DNA of 56,234 nt, counting the filler, from Dugesia japonica (taxonomy: Eukaryota), in NCBI GenBank assembly GCA_001938525.1. It is 5 parts of 5 records of this genome, joined end to end, with 100 filler letters (N's around TTAATTAATTAA, not from the genome) between each part and the next. Parts side by side here need not be neighbours in the genome. Positions count along the whole stretch, not along the records: positions 35,598 to 47,632 come from MQRL01579782.1; positions 47,733 to 56,234 come from MQRL01577737.1; 3 more parts are not named here. One strand, written 5' to 3'. The notes beneath the pieces were generated by a model, which saw nothing but the letters and a program-made list of their open reading frames with translations, searched no databases and had not been told where the DNA came from. Of the stretch, positions 36,408 through 50,262 are shown in pieces. Position numbers and translations under genes: made by a program. Within the stretch, counting starts at the first letter, position 1. Each line of letters starts with the position of its first letter.

Positions 36408-36585
36408 NNNNNNNNNNNNNNNNNNNNNNNNNNNNNNNNNNNNNNNNNNNNNNNNNNNNNNNNNNNNNNNNNNNNNNNNNNNNNNNNNNNNNNNNNNNNN
36501 NNNNAAAATTATATTTTCTCTCAATAATTATTAATTAATTGTTTTGCAATTACATATTAATTAACATTTTATACTTACGTTTTAG

Positions 36586-39500
36586 TCTTTTGGATCTGTA
36601 AACAAAAAACGAACTGGTTTATTTCTGCAAAGAGGTAATAAATTATTAATTCCGAATTTTCTTTTTCATAATAACTTTCTAGGATTTCTTTTAACAAATC
36701 TGGTTCCAGTTTTTCTATGGGCTGTGCATATAAACCTTGAACCAGTATTGATTTTGGTTGGTCAAGATCGTCAAATATCTCAGTTGGATATATTTCTGGA
36801 TATTATCTTTCATAAAAATTTTTTATAGGATTGCGGGGGAATTTCTTATTTACTTTACTCCAGGAATTACAGTTAGTCCACCATATTACTAAATATGATT
36901 ATATAACATATTNNNNNNNNNNNNNNNNNNNNNNNNNNNNNNNNNNNNNNNNNNNNNNNNNNCTAGCACGATACATGCAGGATCAGGTAATTATAATTTT
37001 TGAAATTGAAAATAATTTATTTATTAACCTATTTATGCGTGTATACATGTTATGAATAATCTTTGGACATCCTACATTTCGTTTTCATTTTCTTGTTTCT
37101 TTTNNNTTTGTTCTTGAAATTTAATATTCAGGATGTTTTGGTGCATTGTTACTATTAACCAACACCTTAATAAAATTATAGGTCTGATTAAAACAAGATA
37201 TTTGTACATATATAATAATGGAAACAGTTCAATTCGATTTATTAAACAGAGAAAATAAAACAGATGTAGTGAACATTATGTTGAATAATTATAGTGCCTC
37301 GCTCAGAAATTGCATTATTTGATTTAATTTGATTTTAAATGAAGAATTACTTTTTAATTTTTATTTTATTTTTTTGTCTTTATTATTTTATCTCAAACTT
37401 TATATTGGATAAAGAATTATTTTTTTATTTTTACTTCTATTTTTTAATTTTATTTCAATTTCCACTTAATTTTATTTTATCTTATTTTATTACATTATTT
37501 GATTTAAATTGGTTTTCATTTAAAATATAAAAATTACTTTTTTATTTTATTTTTTTTGAATAAAAAAGTAAATAATAAAATGACTTAGTCTCATATAACA
37601 CGATTTACATTCCACATAAATTCCGAAAAACCTAACCCCCGCGTTATACGAGAATAAAAAGAAGTTATGAAATTTCTGAAAATAATATTCTTAAAATACA
37701 AGAACCATAGAAAAAAAGTAATTATTGGCAAGACATAGAATTGCTTGTTTTTATGGTTCTTGTATATTAATAACATTATTTTCAGAAATTTCATAACTTT
37801 TTTTTATTTTATTTTTTTTTGTTTATATATATATGGGAATTCCCGGTTTAAAAATGATACTAATTCAAAACAACAAAAATGAAGCTTAAAAGTCGAGTTA
37901 AACAAGGCTGAATTCCACGCTATACGAAGTTTTTGTGCAATTTGTAATTCGCGTTATCGACACAACGTTATACAAAAGTGTTTATATCAATTTTAGAAAT
38001 CATGGCAATATCTTAATTTAGAATATAAAAATTAATATTATCTCAACGTTGTTTTAATTACGTATTGAAGAATTTATTTACCAATTGGAATTATAATTTT
38101 CGATTTATAATCAATAAAACTTCTAAATATCTATGAAAGTCCAATACAAATCCAGTCATATTGACATGAAAAATATGGAGTAAACAATATCCTTATGGAT
38201 CATTTTTAAATTTTTTAGAAATTCTATATGTTTGATGTTGGGTTTAATAATTCAATAATGCAGTAAAAAATTTTTAAGAATAAAATTTACATATATAAAA
38301 TTACATTGTAATGTAAATTTCCATTTAACCATAAAGGTTTTTAAAATCAGATTATACAGAAAAAAATTAGTAAATTAGTAAGATTTATTAAAAATTTTAT
38401 TTTATAAATCCACTATGAATCGCTAATACCCATCAGGCAACAACAGAAAAGTTCAATTACAGTTGTAGTTAATATAATTAAATAAAGATGACAGAAATAA
38501 CCTCAAAAGCCATTCTTTAGTTTTAACATACGCGATTCGTATATCGAATTAAATTATTTATACGAATATCTACTGTAATTATCCACTTTCATTACATTAA
38601 AGTTCTTAGTAGTAATATTAGTTGCCCGTAAAGTGGATCCATAACATTTTATGAAAATTTCAAATTTTCGAACTAAATAAATGTATTAGAAACTTAAAGA
38701 TGTAGTTGTTGNNNNNNNNNNNNNNNNNNNNNNNNNNNNNNNNNNNNNNNNNNNNNNNNNNNNNNNNNNNNNNNNNNNNNNNNNNNNNNNNNNNNNNNNN
38801 NNNNNNNNNNNNNNNNNNNNNNNNNNNNNNNNNNNNNNNNNNNNNNNNNNNNNNNNNNNNNNNNNNNNNNNNNNNNNNNNNNNNNNNNNNNNNNNNNNNN
38901 NNNNNNNNNNNNNNNNNNNNNNNNNNNAACCGAAAGAACTTTCCGGACTACCTAATATATTTGATGTGAATTAATCAATAAAAATAAATAAATATAAATT
39001 AATCAATATAATTAATAAAAATAAAAGTAAAATAAAACAAATGGACGGAGCAAAAAATGGGAGGCTATTCAGCAAGCTCTCTATCAATGTGCAAAATCTC
39101 CAACAAAATCCTTCGCAATGGTTAAATTTCAATCTCTGATTGGAAATTTATCCACAGTGCGAGAACAAACTCATTACCTGTTAATTATCATTTGAGCAAG
39201 TCTGTAGAGGATCGCAATTGTCGGCATTGAACATCAGCTCCAGAAACTCAGATGCACATATTTCTTTTGTGTAAACATAATCAATACTATATTCAAAAGA
39301 GACATAATGCAATCCATCAATTATTCTTTGAGGCAATTTTTTTGAAAAACCTTTTCTCAATATTATCAAAGATTCTTCTTGCAACCTCTTTAAAGCCAAT
39401 CTTTGGGTTGATCTTCAAATTCAGAATCAGTCCAAAAAGATCTTCTGGTTAGTATACATCAAAACACCTTATGATGTCAAAAACTAGATGGATGGAATTA

Positions 39501-40732
39501 GAGTAGAAAATGAAGAATATTACATGGAGCTTCAATCCGAAATCAAAAGTCTTTTTCCTGATTTTGAGGTCATTCTCAAAACCATTGTCGTCGGTTTTTT
39601 GGGCTCCTGTGAATGATGATATTTTGAGAAATATCGGACTCAGTTTGACTCCAATCAAAACTTTTAAAATTGATTGTATCAAATCAAACATCAAATGAAG
39701 CAATGAAAACTGGAAAGCTCACAACACCTACTCAATNAACGAAGGCCATCAAAGGAACTATTTAAAAAATCTAATATTAAAAAGTGGTCATCTTCAATTT
39801 ATAACTGTTTAAGTCTTGAAATCCCATATTGTGCTATATATAAATAAATCTTCATCTTAATAAATATGTACTTTTTTACTTTCAATTTGAAAATGACATT
39901 AAACAAATATAAACAAGTCAATTCAAGAAATACATTTAAACAAAGTTAGCATTACTCATTATTATTAAAAATAAATATACATCTCAGATTTATTACTTTC
40001 ACAAATATGTAAAAAGTTATTAAAATCGTGTGTGGATTAAAAAACCGAAAGAACTTTGCGAACAATCTAATATATTCAATTTCGGAACACCTCAAATACA
40101 ATTAATTGAAATATTAAGTGACAATTAATTTTTGTATTATTTCGAATAATCAATTTGTTATTTGTGATGTCGTTTTATGGAATCCATTTTTAATTCAATT
40201 ACAATTTGAGATTAATTTTTATTTAAATTCATTAAAAGGGATGTTTGTGGCCTCCGGTTATTGCAGGAATTTGTGGAAATATTTTCAATATTTGTTGTCA
40301 GCTATTATTTGTCAAACAACTAAACCTAGGATATAAGTATGAATGTTTTCATTTGTTTTATTATTTATTTTTATTATTTCAAGAGCTGCTGCTTTGTGTC
40401 ATGCGTTATCATTTGGGGTTATGACGCTTTTTGAGGCAATTTATATCTGGAAATCGAAATTCTACAAGGAGACATGGCCTGGTACATTTTTAATAGAAAT
40501 TTTAATATTACAATTTTGGAATTCATTTTGAAAGGAATAGTCTAAATAGTGAAAATAAAACAACAATTCATTGATAAAATAACCGAAAGAGAAATAAATT
40601 ATAAGCAATAGACTAGCATACAAAAGAAGAAGAAAATATAACCTAAACTTAATTAGTAATTAGTTAATGAAAATATGACCAATAAAATAATAAAATATTT
40701 TATGAAAAGTCAATATTCGGCGAAATAATAAA

Positions 40733-40795
<63 letters not shown>

Positions 40796-43700
40796 NNNNN
40801 NNNNNNNNNNNNNNNNNNNNNNNNNNNNNNNNNNNNNNNNNNNNNNNNNNNNNNNNNNNNNNNNNNNNNNNNNNNNNNNNNNNNNNNNNNNNNNNNNNNN
40901 NNNNNNNNNNNNNNNNNNNNNNNNNNNNNNNNNNNNNNNNNNNNNNNNNNNNNNNNNNNNNGCGGCAAACACACTAGCTTCTGTCCATGAGACTCGCAAT
41001 GTTAGTCCAAGTTGAACAGTACCATGACCAAACTGTACAATGTAGTCATACCTACAAAAATCTATATCAAAATTTGAATCTTTTGAGAGAATTTCTCGCC
41101 GATCAAAGTTGAAACCAAAACAATTTTCTACGTATGTGTTGACCAGTCAAAAAGCAAAAAATTTCATAAAACACCAAAATTAATAGACACATTGTTTAAT
41201 GTTTCAGTCTATCCGGCAGGTGTTTATGTTCGCTACCATCTGTGTACTGCTAATATTGAAATATTAACTGAATTACTTGAATCACAATTATAAATGGTAT
41301 GCTATATAATTTTAAAAGATGAAAAAAAAATAAAGTTCTAGGCTGCCTTTGGCGGGAACACTCTTCTCGAGAACATCGAAGGTGGGTGATGTATGCTTTA
41401 AAGGAACATGTTCTAAATTAAATAAAAATCTAAATGTAAAAATTAATTCCTAAAAAATACAATTATCAAAATCTTAATTAACAAAAACAATAAAAATATT
41501 GTTTGAATTATGTAAAATTTCGTAATTCTCAACCTAATAATAATTTTATTTTTTTAATGCAAACATTGAATTTTACTAAATTATATATTTGATCTTGGAT
41601 ATGCGTTTCTTTCGGTTAGTTGCTGAAATGTAGTAGGTCATAGAAATCTTTATTCTCTATTGAATCTTATATTTTGATCGAAGATTTTTAATTTAATGAA
41701 ACTTCAAATAAATGCGTTTAATGGTTAAGCCCAACAATTATTCTAGAAATAATTCTTTTAATTTCAAAAAAATCTACAGTAGTTTGAATATTTATTTAAT
41801 AAATAATATTTTGTTAAACTATTATTTATTAAAAAGTTTCAAAATATTTATAATATTTATTATTTATATTATTATAATTTGTAAATAATTATGAATTTTT
41901 GTTTGATAGGATTTCAATTAGAAGCCTTATATGACTGGTCTTCAATGTTTAAACTGGGCATGTGTGGAGTTGGGCAAGTAACTTTTGAGGTCTTTGTATG
42001 GGAGGGCAGTGTTTTGATGGGAGGTATGAAATTTGTTCTATCATTCTTTCATTTCATTATAATTTTAAATTTAAGATATTGTTTGAAATACTGAAAATAT
42101 TCATTCAAAATACTTTAGTTCCTCTATTATTTCCAAATAATTATTTCTAAAATAAGTCTCGACTATAGTGGCGCCGGGAAGTTTGGAAATTTTAATAAAA
42201 TTTAAATAATTTGTCAAAAAATAATTGGAAATTGAAAAGGAGAAAGGAAAAAACAATTAATGAATTTTACTACGGATTTTCAGAGTGATTTAATTGTTAA
42301 GGAATTGTTTAAATAAATTGAATATTTTAAAGTTTCAATTAATTAGAGTTTTAGCGGTTTTTTGAAGAAAATAATTTTTTTAAAAAAATTTTTTAAAATT
42401 GTCAAAAGGCAATTTGGAAAGAAAAAATGTAAAATTTTCATACTATTGAAACAATCAACTTGTTGTAATTAATAAATTAAAAAATAAAAACTTAGTGTAA
42501 ATGTTCATTTATAATAAAATGTAAAGTTACTTATATATTTTCGTCTCCATGCAGAAATTCTTTAGTTTAATACTTATATTACAATAAAAATGAAATTTGC
42601 GCATTAATATGTTAAATAATTATTTTTTTTCATTAACCATATTTATTTTATTTCATATTACAATCGTCAAAAATTTATGATTTCATACAACTTTTAGATT
42701 AAATTGTAAATTTCATTTTATTTAATTTTATCTATTTCTCAACCTTTTTTCTCTTCTGTACATTTCAGAGTATCCCTGCATTGCAATACTGCTCTCTTTT
42801 AATCTATTAAACAATTTTCGATTTTTCTTTGGGTTTAGATTGCCTCTTCTAAGAACTGCTGAATGATTTTTATTGGTTTATTTTTTTAATAATATAAACA
42901 ATGTCATAGCAACTTGCAATTTGTGGTTAATTTTACAAACCGGAAAAATAATTTTTGTGACAACCATTTGAACAAATAATAAACAACTTACGATTTGAGT
43001 TTAAGAAATTAAACTTTATTGGAAAAGGTTGATATTGTTAATGTATGTCTTAAAATTATGTTTCCAGTGAATAATAACGATTGTTGATAATTCATTTGTA
43101 ATTGTCCGTCATTATCAAGTAAACACTGGTGTATCTTCTGTTGGCTNNNNNNNNNNNNNNNNNNNNNNNNNNNNNNNNNNNNNNNNNNNNNNNNNNNNNN
43201 NNNNNNNNNNNNNNTTTTTTTATTAAATTAATAAATTTACTATAAAATTACTATAAATTCTAAATTTTGGATTTTACAATTTCTGGTAAACCTCTTTCAT
43301 CGATAAAAATAATATTTAATAATTTCGATAAAAATAAAAGATCTTATATTTGAGATCTTTACTGTAAATTTTTTTTATGTTTTGCTTTTAATATTTACTG
43401 TGGTATAATTTATTTCAGGTATGATTGGGACAGTTGAAGTGGCTACGCAATCAATTATTATACAAATCTTATATATGTCGTTTATGGTAAATGCTCTTGG
43501 TATTTTTTTTTGAAATGTTGCTAATAAAAACATAATGACATCATTAAAAAATAGTTTAAATAATTTTATGATATATTTATTAAATTATTATTAAATGACT
43601 TTATAATTAGTTTCAATTTATTACACGGTTACGTAATAATATGTTTAAAAAATATGCAGTAATTTATGTAAAAATATGAAATAACATTTAAAATCATAAA

Positions 43701-46700
43701 ATAACATATAAATGAGCATTTAAAAGAATAACCAATACTTTCTATATAGATTTAAATATCAATTAACAATCGAAAAACATTATTTATTAAATAAATTCAT
43801 GTCTTCATAATGATTTTTTATCATATCGTCTAATGTTTCGATACCATCCAACAAAATTGATTTATTCATTGTCAAGTAACTCAACTATCATATCTTTCTA
43901 TTGATGACAATTTCTCTATTTAATTTGGGTTGAAGACAGTTTAGCTTTCAAATAACTGAAATATTCGTCAATTGAATTGAGCTGTGGTGAATAGAGTGGT
44001 ATGAAACGATGGTTGATTTTATTTTCAGTCAATAAATTAATTAGATTTTTTCTGCAATTGCCTATTGTTAACATATCATTTGGATTATCAAAGAAATACA
44101 CTGCAAGTTTTTCAGTTATAAATTGATGAAATAAATCTCCATAGAATGAACAATCTCGTATGTTATAGCCTAACACTCTAGATTCTTTTATAATAACCAT
44201 ACATTATATGCTTGTTTATTTCTTGGGTGAATATCCTTCAGAATTCTGGATAGAGCTTTGGCACAAAGAGACTCCATGCAATGTTAACTCATTAACCATC
44301 TCCTCCTGACTGAAGGATGAGTTCTTCAACAAAATCTGATATTTTGTTCCTAATATCCGATACATGGTTTTTGGGACTTCCTTTCTTCGATCCTAATATT
44401 TTTTCATCAGTTTATTCTTTTGATATTTTACCGATAAGATTATATATTTAATTGGTAATAAAATATTAACATCTTCGGCCTATTCTTTTCGAAAGCTTTC
44501 CCTATCTGTTTTATCATATCGACAGTAATGGTTTGACATTTATTCCTCGGATTTGTTACTGATTCTTTAGAGGATCCAATATTTTCCCATATTTTTTTAA
44601 CCATTTTATAAAAATCTTTTTTTGCAAATCTTCAATGATAACAACACTAACTTCTTTTGCTTTTTTTTGAAAAACAGTTGCAAAACACATCGCAAAATTA
44701 ATGAGAAAGTGATATATTTTCACAATAATTGTAATAAATTTATCGCATTCTTTACATTTAGCTTTAACATCTTTACTTCCATTTTTATCAGACTCGACAA
44801 ATATCTTTCATTTTAAATATTTATATAATACGAAAAATAGATAGTTTTGATAAATTCAATTATTCTAACAACCCTGATGAAAAGAAAACATTGGAATGAC
44901 CAAGATAACAGCCGATAAGCTTTCTGATTATAAAAGATTCGAAATAATGATTACAAATAATGATTAAATGATCAATTAATAAATAATCAAGCTATCTTTA
45001 TAGTTATAAATAAAATATTTATAATTTTGAATTTATGAAATTTTTAAAACTATTAAATAGAAGGTTAGATCAGTTTTGAGTTATGAGGTTGATAATTAAA
45101 TCAGTGCACAATTTTGATGAATGCTGTATTTAAATGTTTTTTTCGTAATTGAAATATCAAAATATTTTTATGGTTTTATAACTAATAATGTTATGCAAAG
45201 AAAAGTTGTAATTAACGGTTTGTTTAAATAATATTTGTGAGATATGACTAATAATATAATATTTTCATATTAACCTTTATATAAGTAAATCGACATATGT
45301 ATGTGATAATATGTGAATGCGTGATTGACTGTTTGAATGTAAATATGATACACTTACATTTTCGCTCACTCGACAAAAGTCATTGCAGCTTGGTTGGGAT
45401 GTTTTGTATCCTACGTACTTTGGTCCTGACTTTACGTCCGATTATCATTTGTTAGTCATTGGAAAATTCCTGTATGGCAAAACTTTTATTTCTCATGATG
45501 ACATTAAATCAAGTATTTTAATTTTTGAAACTGTTAAATAGAAATTTATATTTGTTTTAAATCAAATCATATTTGGTTTAGTATTTATCCCAAAACCCCA
45601 AGAGTTCTTTACACCTAGCATTATGATTTTTCCTGAGAGATGGCAACAAATCATTGATAATAATGAACATCATATTATTTAATAATTAATTTGTTTTTCA
45701 TTTTTTTCTTATAAATCGGCATTAAACTAGTTGCTAACTTAATATTTAAATCAAAGAAAATTATCAATTTAATTCTCTTTTTAATTCGTATTTTAAACGG
45801 TACATCGCCGTACATTGCTTATTCAAAATCTGAATGAATCGATGAATATTTCATCAGGGCCGCCCTAACCACAGGAATAAATGGGCTATAGCTCCAGGGC
45901 TCAAGTCTTTTGGGGCGGCCATTTTTATTTGCGATATATATTTTTTTATTATTAGTTATTTAGTTATTAGTTTTAAATAAATTCATTTTTCATTTGATTA
46001 GTTTTCAGCAATAAAAAGAATAAGAAATTATTTACGATCTTCTTTGGCCCAGCGCAGATTCAATTATTTAAGTATTTTATCAGTTGAAAGAGATTTATTT
46101 GATAACTTAAATACGAGTGATATTATTGATTAGTTGGCCAAAGAAAAATCTAGGAAAATAAATATATAAGTTACTTTTATTTTTTGTTTGAATTAAGGTT
46201 TTTTTGTTCTTAAAGGTTTTGTAATTTTATTTAATTCAATTTTGTGTTTTTGTTTAGTATATAGATAATAAATTGGTTTTTTCTAGTTCTGACACTTTTG
46301 TATAACTTTGCCGGACAACCCACTCTCCTTTGCTATTCTGTGAATTTTCTTACGAAAATGGGCGAATTATTTATAGAAGCCCACGAGCGCCGAATTTCTT
46401 AAGACGACCCTGTATTTCATAGTTCGTTGCATAATTTATATAAAATAGTTTAATTCTTATTGTTTAAATACAAATAACTGCAAAAAACAATTGAAACTGT
46501 TTTAATGTGTGATCAATGTAATTGATAAAATGATAAATTCATTAACAGACCTCAAAAAAATTTTAAAATAAATAATAAATGATAAAATGAAACTCTTTAG
46601 TTGTATTATGGATCTGGAATTGCAAGTAATATTCGAGTGGGTCAATGTTTGGGAGCAAATCGACCAAATCAAGCAAAATTGGCTTATAGAGCCGGAGTTT

Positions 46701-47116
46701 TTATTACTGGTATTCGTTAATTAATCTCGATTGAGTAAATAAATAAAATAATTCAGCTGTATTCACCATAATATTGGCTACATTGATAATCATATTTAGA
46801 AACCAAATCCCGTTTGTGTTTACGGATAAGACGTAAATAATCAGAATTTCATAATTAATTATAACTTTGTTCTAGAGATGTGTTGGAAATGACAATTGAT
46901 GTGATTCCGTACATTTCAATTATTCTGTTTTCAGATCCTTTTTCGGTAATAAAAACCAATTTTCGATTTTTTTACATTTTCAGGGAGTTTGTTCAGCGAC
47001 TTTACGTGGTTGTGGTCGACAATTTACTGGCTGTATAATAATATTTATTTCATTTTACATTCTCAGTTTGCCAATATCGATTATTCTCGGTTTTGTTTAT
47101 AAAATGAGTATAAAAG
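36586..47116 (+). CDS. SLC47A: Multidrug and toxin extrusion (MATE/SLC47A) transporter, internal exons
   Basis: Phase-consistent exons: 36586-36634 (SFGSVNKKRTGLFLQR), 36683-36782 (NLEPVLILVGQDRQI), 36829-36871, gap to 36986 (LARYMQDQ), 40239-40336, 40384-40481 (KETWPG), 41910-42023 (EALYDWSSMFKLG), 43419-43486 (GMIGTVEVATQSI), 46601-46709 (IASNIRVGQCLGAN), 46757-46832, 46876-46945, 46984-47116 (SATLRGCGRQ). Order and motifs follow SLC47A1. Confidence 0.95.
37662..37799. repeat. Long imperfect palindrome (about 60-bp arms, short loop) in a MATE intron
   Basis: AAGTTATGAAATTTCTGAAAATAAT..TACAAGAACCATA versus TATGGTTCTTGTA..ATTATTTTCAGAAATTTCATAACTT. Confidence 0.85.
39041..39735 (+). mobile_element. 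Non-LTR retrotransposon 3' end with zinc knuckle and restriction-like endonuclease (NeSL/Utopia/R2-group-like), decayed
   Basis: DWKFIHSARTNSLP..CRH*TSAPETQMHIFLLC..KRHNAI..VDLQI..IKTPYD..EEYY..IVVG. Confidence 0.8.
40724..40795. repeat. (AAT)n microsatellite
   Basis: Visible tandem array running into a gap. Confidence 0.95.
43800..45126 (-). mobile_element. IS630/Tc1-type transposon remnant
   Basis: HRFIPLYSPQLNSIDEYFSYLK (FLPPYSPxLNPIE-like); Tc1-like terminus TA-CAGCATTCATCAAAATTGTGCACTG on the minus strand at 45126. Confidence 0.7.
45370..45743 (+). mobile_element. mariner 3' remnant
   Basis: LGWDVLYP..PDF..SDYHL..PERWQQIIDNNE; TIR-like end TTGCTAACTTAATA. Confidence 0.75.
45855..46412 (+). 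mobile_element. hAT (Tip100-like) deletion derivative
   Basis: Imperfect TIRs CAGGGCCGCCCTAA / TTAAGACGACCCTG and perfect 8-bp TSD TATTTCAT. Dimerization-domain remnant FSAIKRIRNYLRSSLAQRRFNYLSILSVER. Confidence 0.92.
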
Positions 47117-47632
47117 GTTAATTTTTCTATTTTATATTCACATTTTTATGAAATTATTTAAATTTCAAATGTAATTTTAGAAATATTAATAAATTATTTT
47201 GGAGTAAAAATCATTCAAATGTTTATTTTAAAAAATTAATTCTTAAAAGAAATTATTTCCAAAAATTTGCATAAATAACAGAAAAATATTTATTATAAAT
47301 AAATTTTTAACGAAAAATATGAAATTATTCAGTCTGTATTATTCAAATAGAGATTTAAACAATTATACTGATGGCTATAATGAAATTTGTAAAAAATTAA
47401 GAAATTTTTTAAAATTAAAACTTATATTGAAATTTTAAAGCCTATAAAAAAATTAATTTTTAAAAAAAATTATTAAAATTCAATATTTTAATTTTTTTTT
47501 GAAATTTTATTAGACTTATAAATCTTTTAAAACTTAAATTTAAATCTTAAAAATTTCTATTAATTTAATCGAAAGGATTGTTTGAACATTAATGCTAAGA
47601 TTACGAAATGTAATCAATAACGCCTTATACAA

Positions 47633-47732
47633 NNNNNNNNNNNNNNNNNNNNNNNNNNNNNNNNNNNNNNNNNNNNTTAATTAATTAANNNNNNNNNNNN
47701 NNNNNNNNNNNNNNNNNNNNNNNNNNNNNNNN
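47633..47732. other. Artificial contig-joining spacer
   Basis: 44 N + TTAATTAATTAA + 44 N. Confidence 0.95.
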
Positions 47733-48594
47733 ACTAAACTTCATCATCTCTAATATAATAAAAAGTTACAAATAATCTAAAATCAAACAGTTATCAAATT
47801 TTAATAAAAAATAATTACACTATTAAAAAGGTATTTAATAATATATATATATTGACGTATGAGAACTGATTATATAAAAATTATAATAAATTTATTTCGT
47901 TTCTTAAAAAAATAATTTATTATGGTAATTTATTGAAATAACATTATATTAGTAAAATTCATATTGTTGGTTACAATGTAAACATATAAACAGAAATTAA
48001 AATAAACTAACCTTCAATTAATTCATTATGCAAATAATAAAACAATATTCTGTCATTTTTATTAATTGTTCAAAATGATTCTGCATAAAATGTATCATTA
48101 TCTTAACAAATGACTTTCTGCATTTTAATTATTTATCTAATTCTTTTATAACTAACTGATTTTCCATTATTAATATTTAACTTATTAGTATTTTATGGTT
48201 TATTTTGAAAGTTTGGATTCAAATTTTTTATTTACAGATCTACATCATATTCTTAAATTTTAAATCTTTTTTATTAAAATAATTTTTTAAATATTCTAAT
48301 TTTAGCTATTTGAAGTTACTTTTACCACTAATTACTCAATAATTGTCAATAATTGTTTATTAGATATACTATAAATAATTTCAATAAAATAAAGAAAAAG
48401 CTTCGATCAAAATAAAATGTATTTTTATAGAAATTCAAATACATTTTATTTTGATAGAAGCTTTTCTTCATTTTAATAAAATCTCAAATGCGATCAATGG
48501 TTAAGTCCAACAATTATTCTAGAAATAACTGTAATTATATAAATAATTTGTTGTTTATAATATATTTACAAACATTAATTCTACGTTTAAGATT

Positions 48595-50262
48595 ATTTGC
48601 AAGAAAAAGACTATCTTCATCCAACATTTATTTCTGCCAGAGTTTCCATAAATTGAAAAACCTGAACTAGAATAGTTTTAATATTCAAACAAATATCCAA
48701 AACTGGTCTGCAACTCAAATCTCCCCTTGGTACTTAATGAACTGTCGATAGCGCACCGTAGTCTGTCCTTGGTTGTTTCTAACAGGATATCCTTGAATTT
48801 GTTAAACACATCCATACCCATCACATTAATTCTTGCTCCAGTATCCAGTAGGCATCCGAACTCCGTGTTTTGGATCCTTATCGCAATACTTGGTCTACCC
48901 TGAATCATATCATATTTAATAACATCTTTTCACCATTTTTCTACTGTTGCGATTATTGCTTCCACTGATGTTTCTCCCGTGATTACTGATATCTCTTTCT
49001 TTAAAAATTTATAAACGCGTTCCTTGATATCATTCTCTGTATTATTGATATGACTACTTTTACTATAACTATCGATATTTTTGGGATCACCCATTAAATT
49101 TTGAGTTCTAGAGCTCCTACCATCTCCCTTGTTGGTGGAGCTTTTTTGTTTGGGTTTCTCCGTGATTCATATACGTTTGCATCATATTTGTTCTTAACAT
49201 ATCTAACGTCTTCATATCTGTCGTCCTCATATTCCTTGTTACCTGCTTCATCATTTTCCACTGCATTGATTTTAACACGCCTACCCAGAAATGGGGACTT
49301 TTTTACCTCGTATTTCTTATATTCCGATGGATACTCGTCCCATCTCTTGTACTCCATCTTTGTGAAACAGTCTTCGGTTTCAAGACTGTTCGTGTTGCAT
49401 TTGCCGAACTTTATCTTTTTGCACTGTTTTCTTATGTGCTCTACATTTCCACATGCGTAGCATGTAGGAGGCTTTCTGTCTGGTCACTTTCGACTAATAT
49501 GTCCCAATTTGTGATAGTTCCGACATTCTACTTTCTCTGTTCTAAACTCCCTTCTGGTATTTGGCCCTTTGTAAATTGATTCCTGCCGTTGGTACCGTTC
49601 TTTTTGGTTCCGTGTATAATGCCTCCTTGTTGCTACGCATCACATTATTTCTTCTGTCTTTTCGCGATTCTTGAAACGTCGCTGATTATCTCTTTTATTT
49701 CTTCCGGTTCGAAACTTTTTTCCATCAGAATCTCTTTTTTTGCCTTCTTCTGTGCCGTTGCGTTTATCAGGAGTTCTGATATTAACAACTCTTTTGACAG
49801 ATTAGGGCTAAGCAATTTATCTGCCAGTTTTCTACATCGTGGAAGAATACTTTATTATCGGTATCACCCTGTCTGTAACGAATGAATTCTTTTAGGTCTT
49901 CAAAAACGTCTCTAGGTCTTTCCACCAGTAGTCGTATCTTAGCTTCATACATCTTTACTTTGTTCTCTGATGCTTTATATCTTTTTTTAAGATACGGGTC
50001 AATATCTTACCGATTATAATTTCTTGTAAATCTTTTGGATTTTGGCAGCTTTGAAGAATCGACCGACGTCTCTGAAGAATCTGTCAAGATTATCACCTAA
50101 CTTGAAAGGTCTCAGGCGTAACAAATCTGTTACTAAGTTTGAGCCTGACGTGGTTGCTATATTAGCAAGGAAAACATTATCTTCATCCTACATTTATTTA
50201 TGCCAAAGTTTCTATAAATTGAAAAACTTGAATTAGAATAGTTTTAAAATTCAAACAAATAT
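48595..50262 (-). mobile_element. Ty3/Gypsy gag-protease remnant between roughly 100-bp direct repeats
   Basis: Zinc knuckles CRNYHKLGHISRK* and CYACGNVEHIRKQC; protease CLLDTGARINVM. Repeats at 48595-48697 and 50161-50262. Confidence 0.82.
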
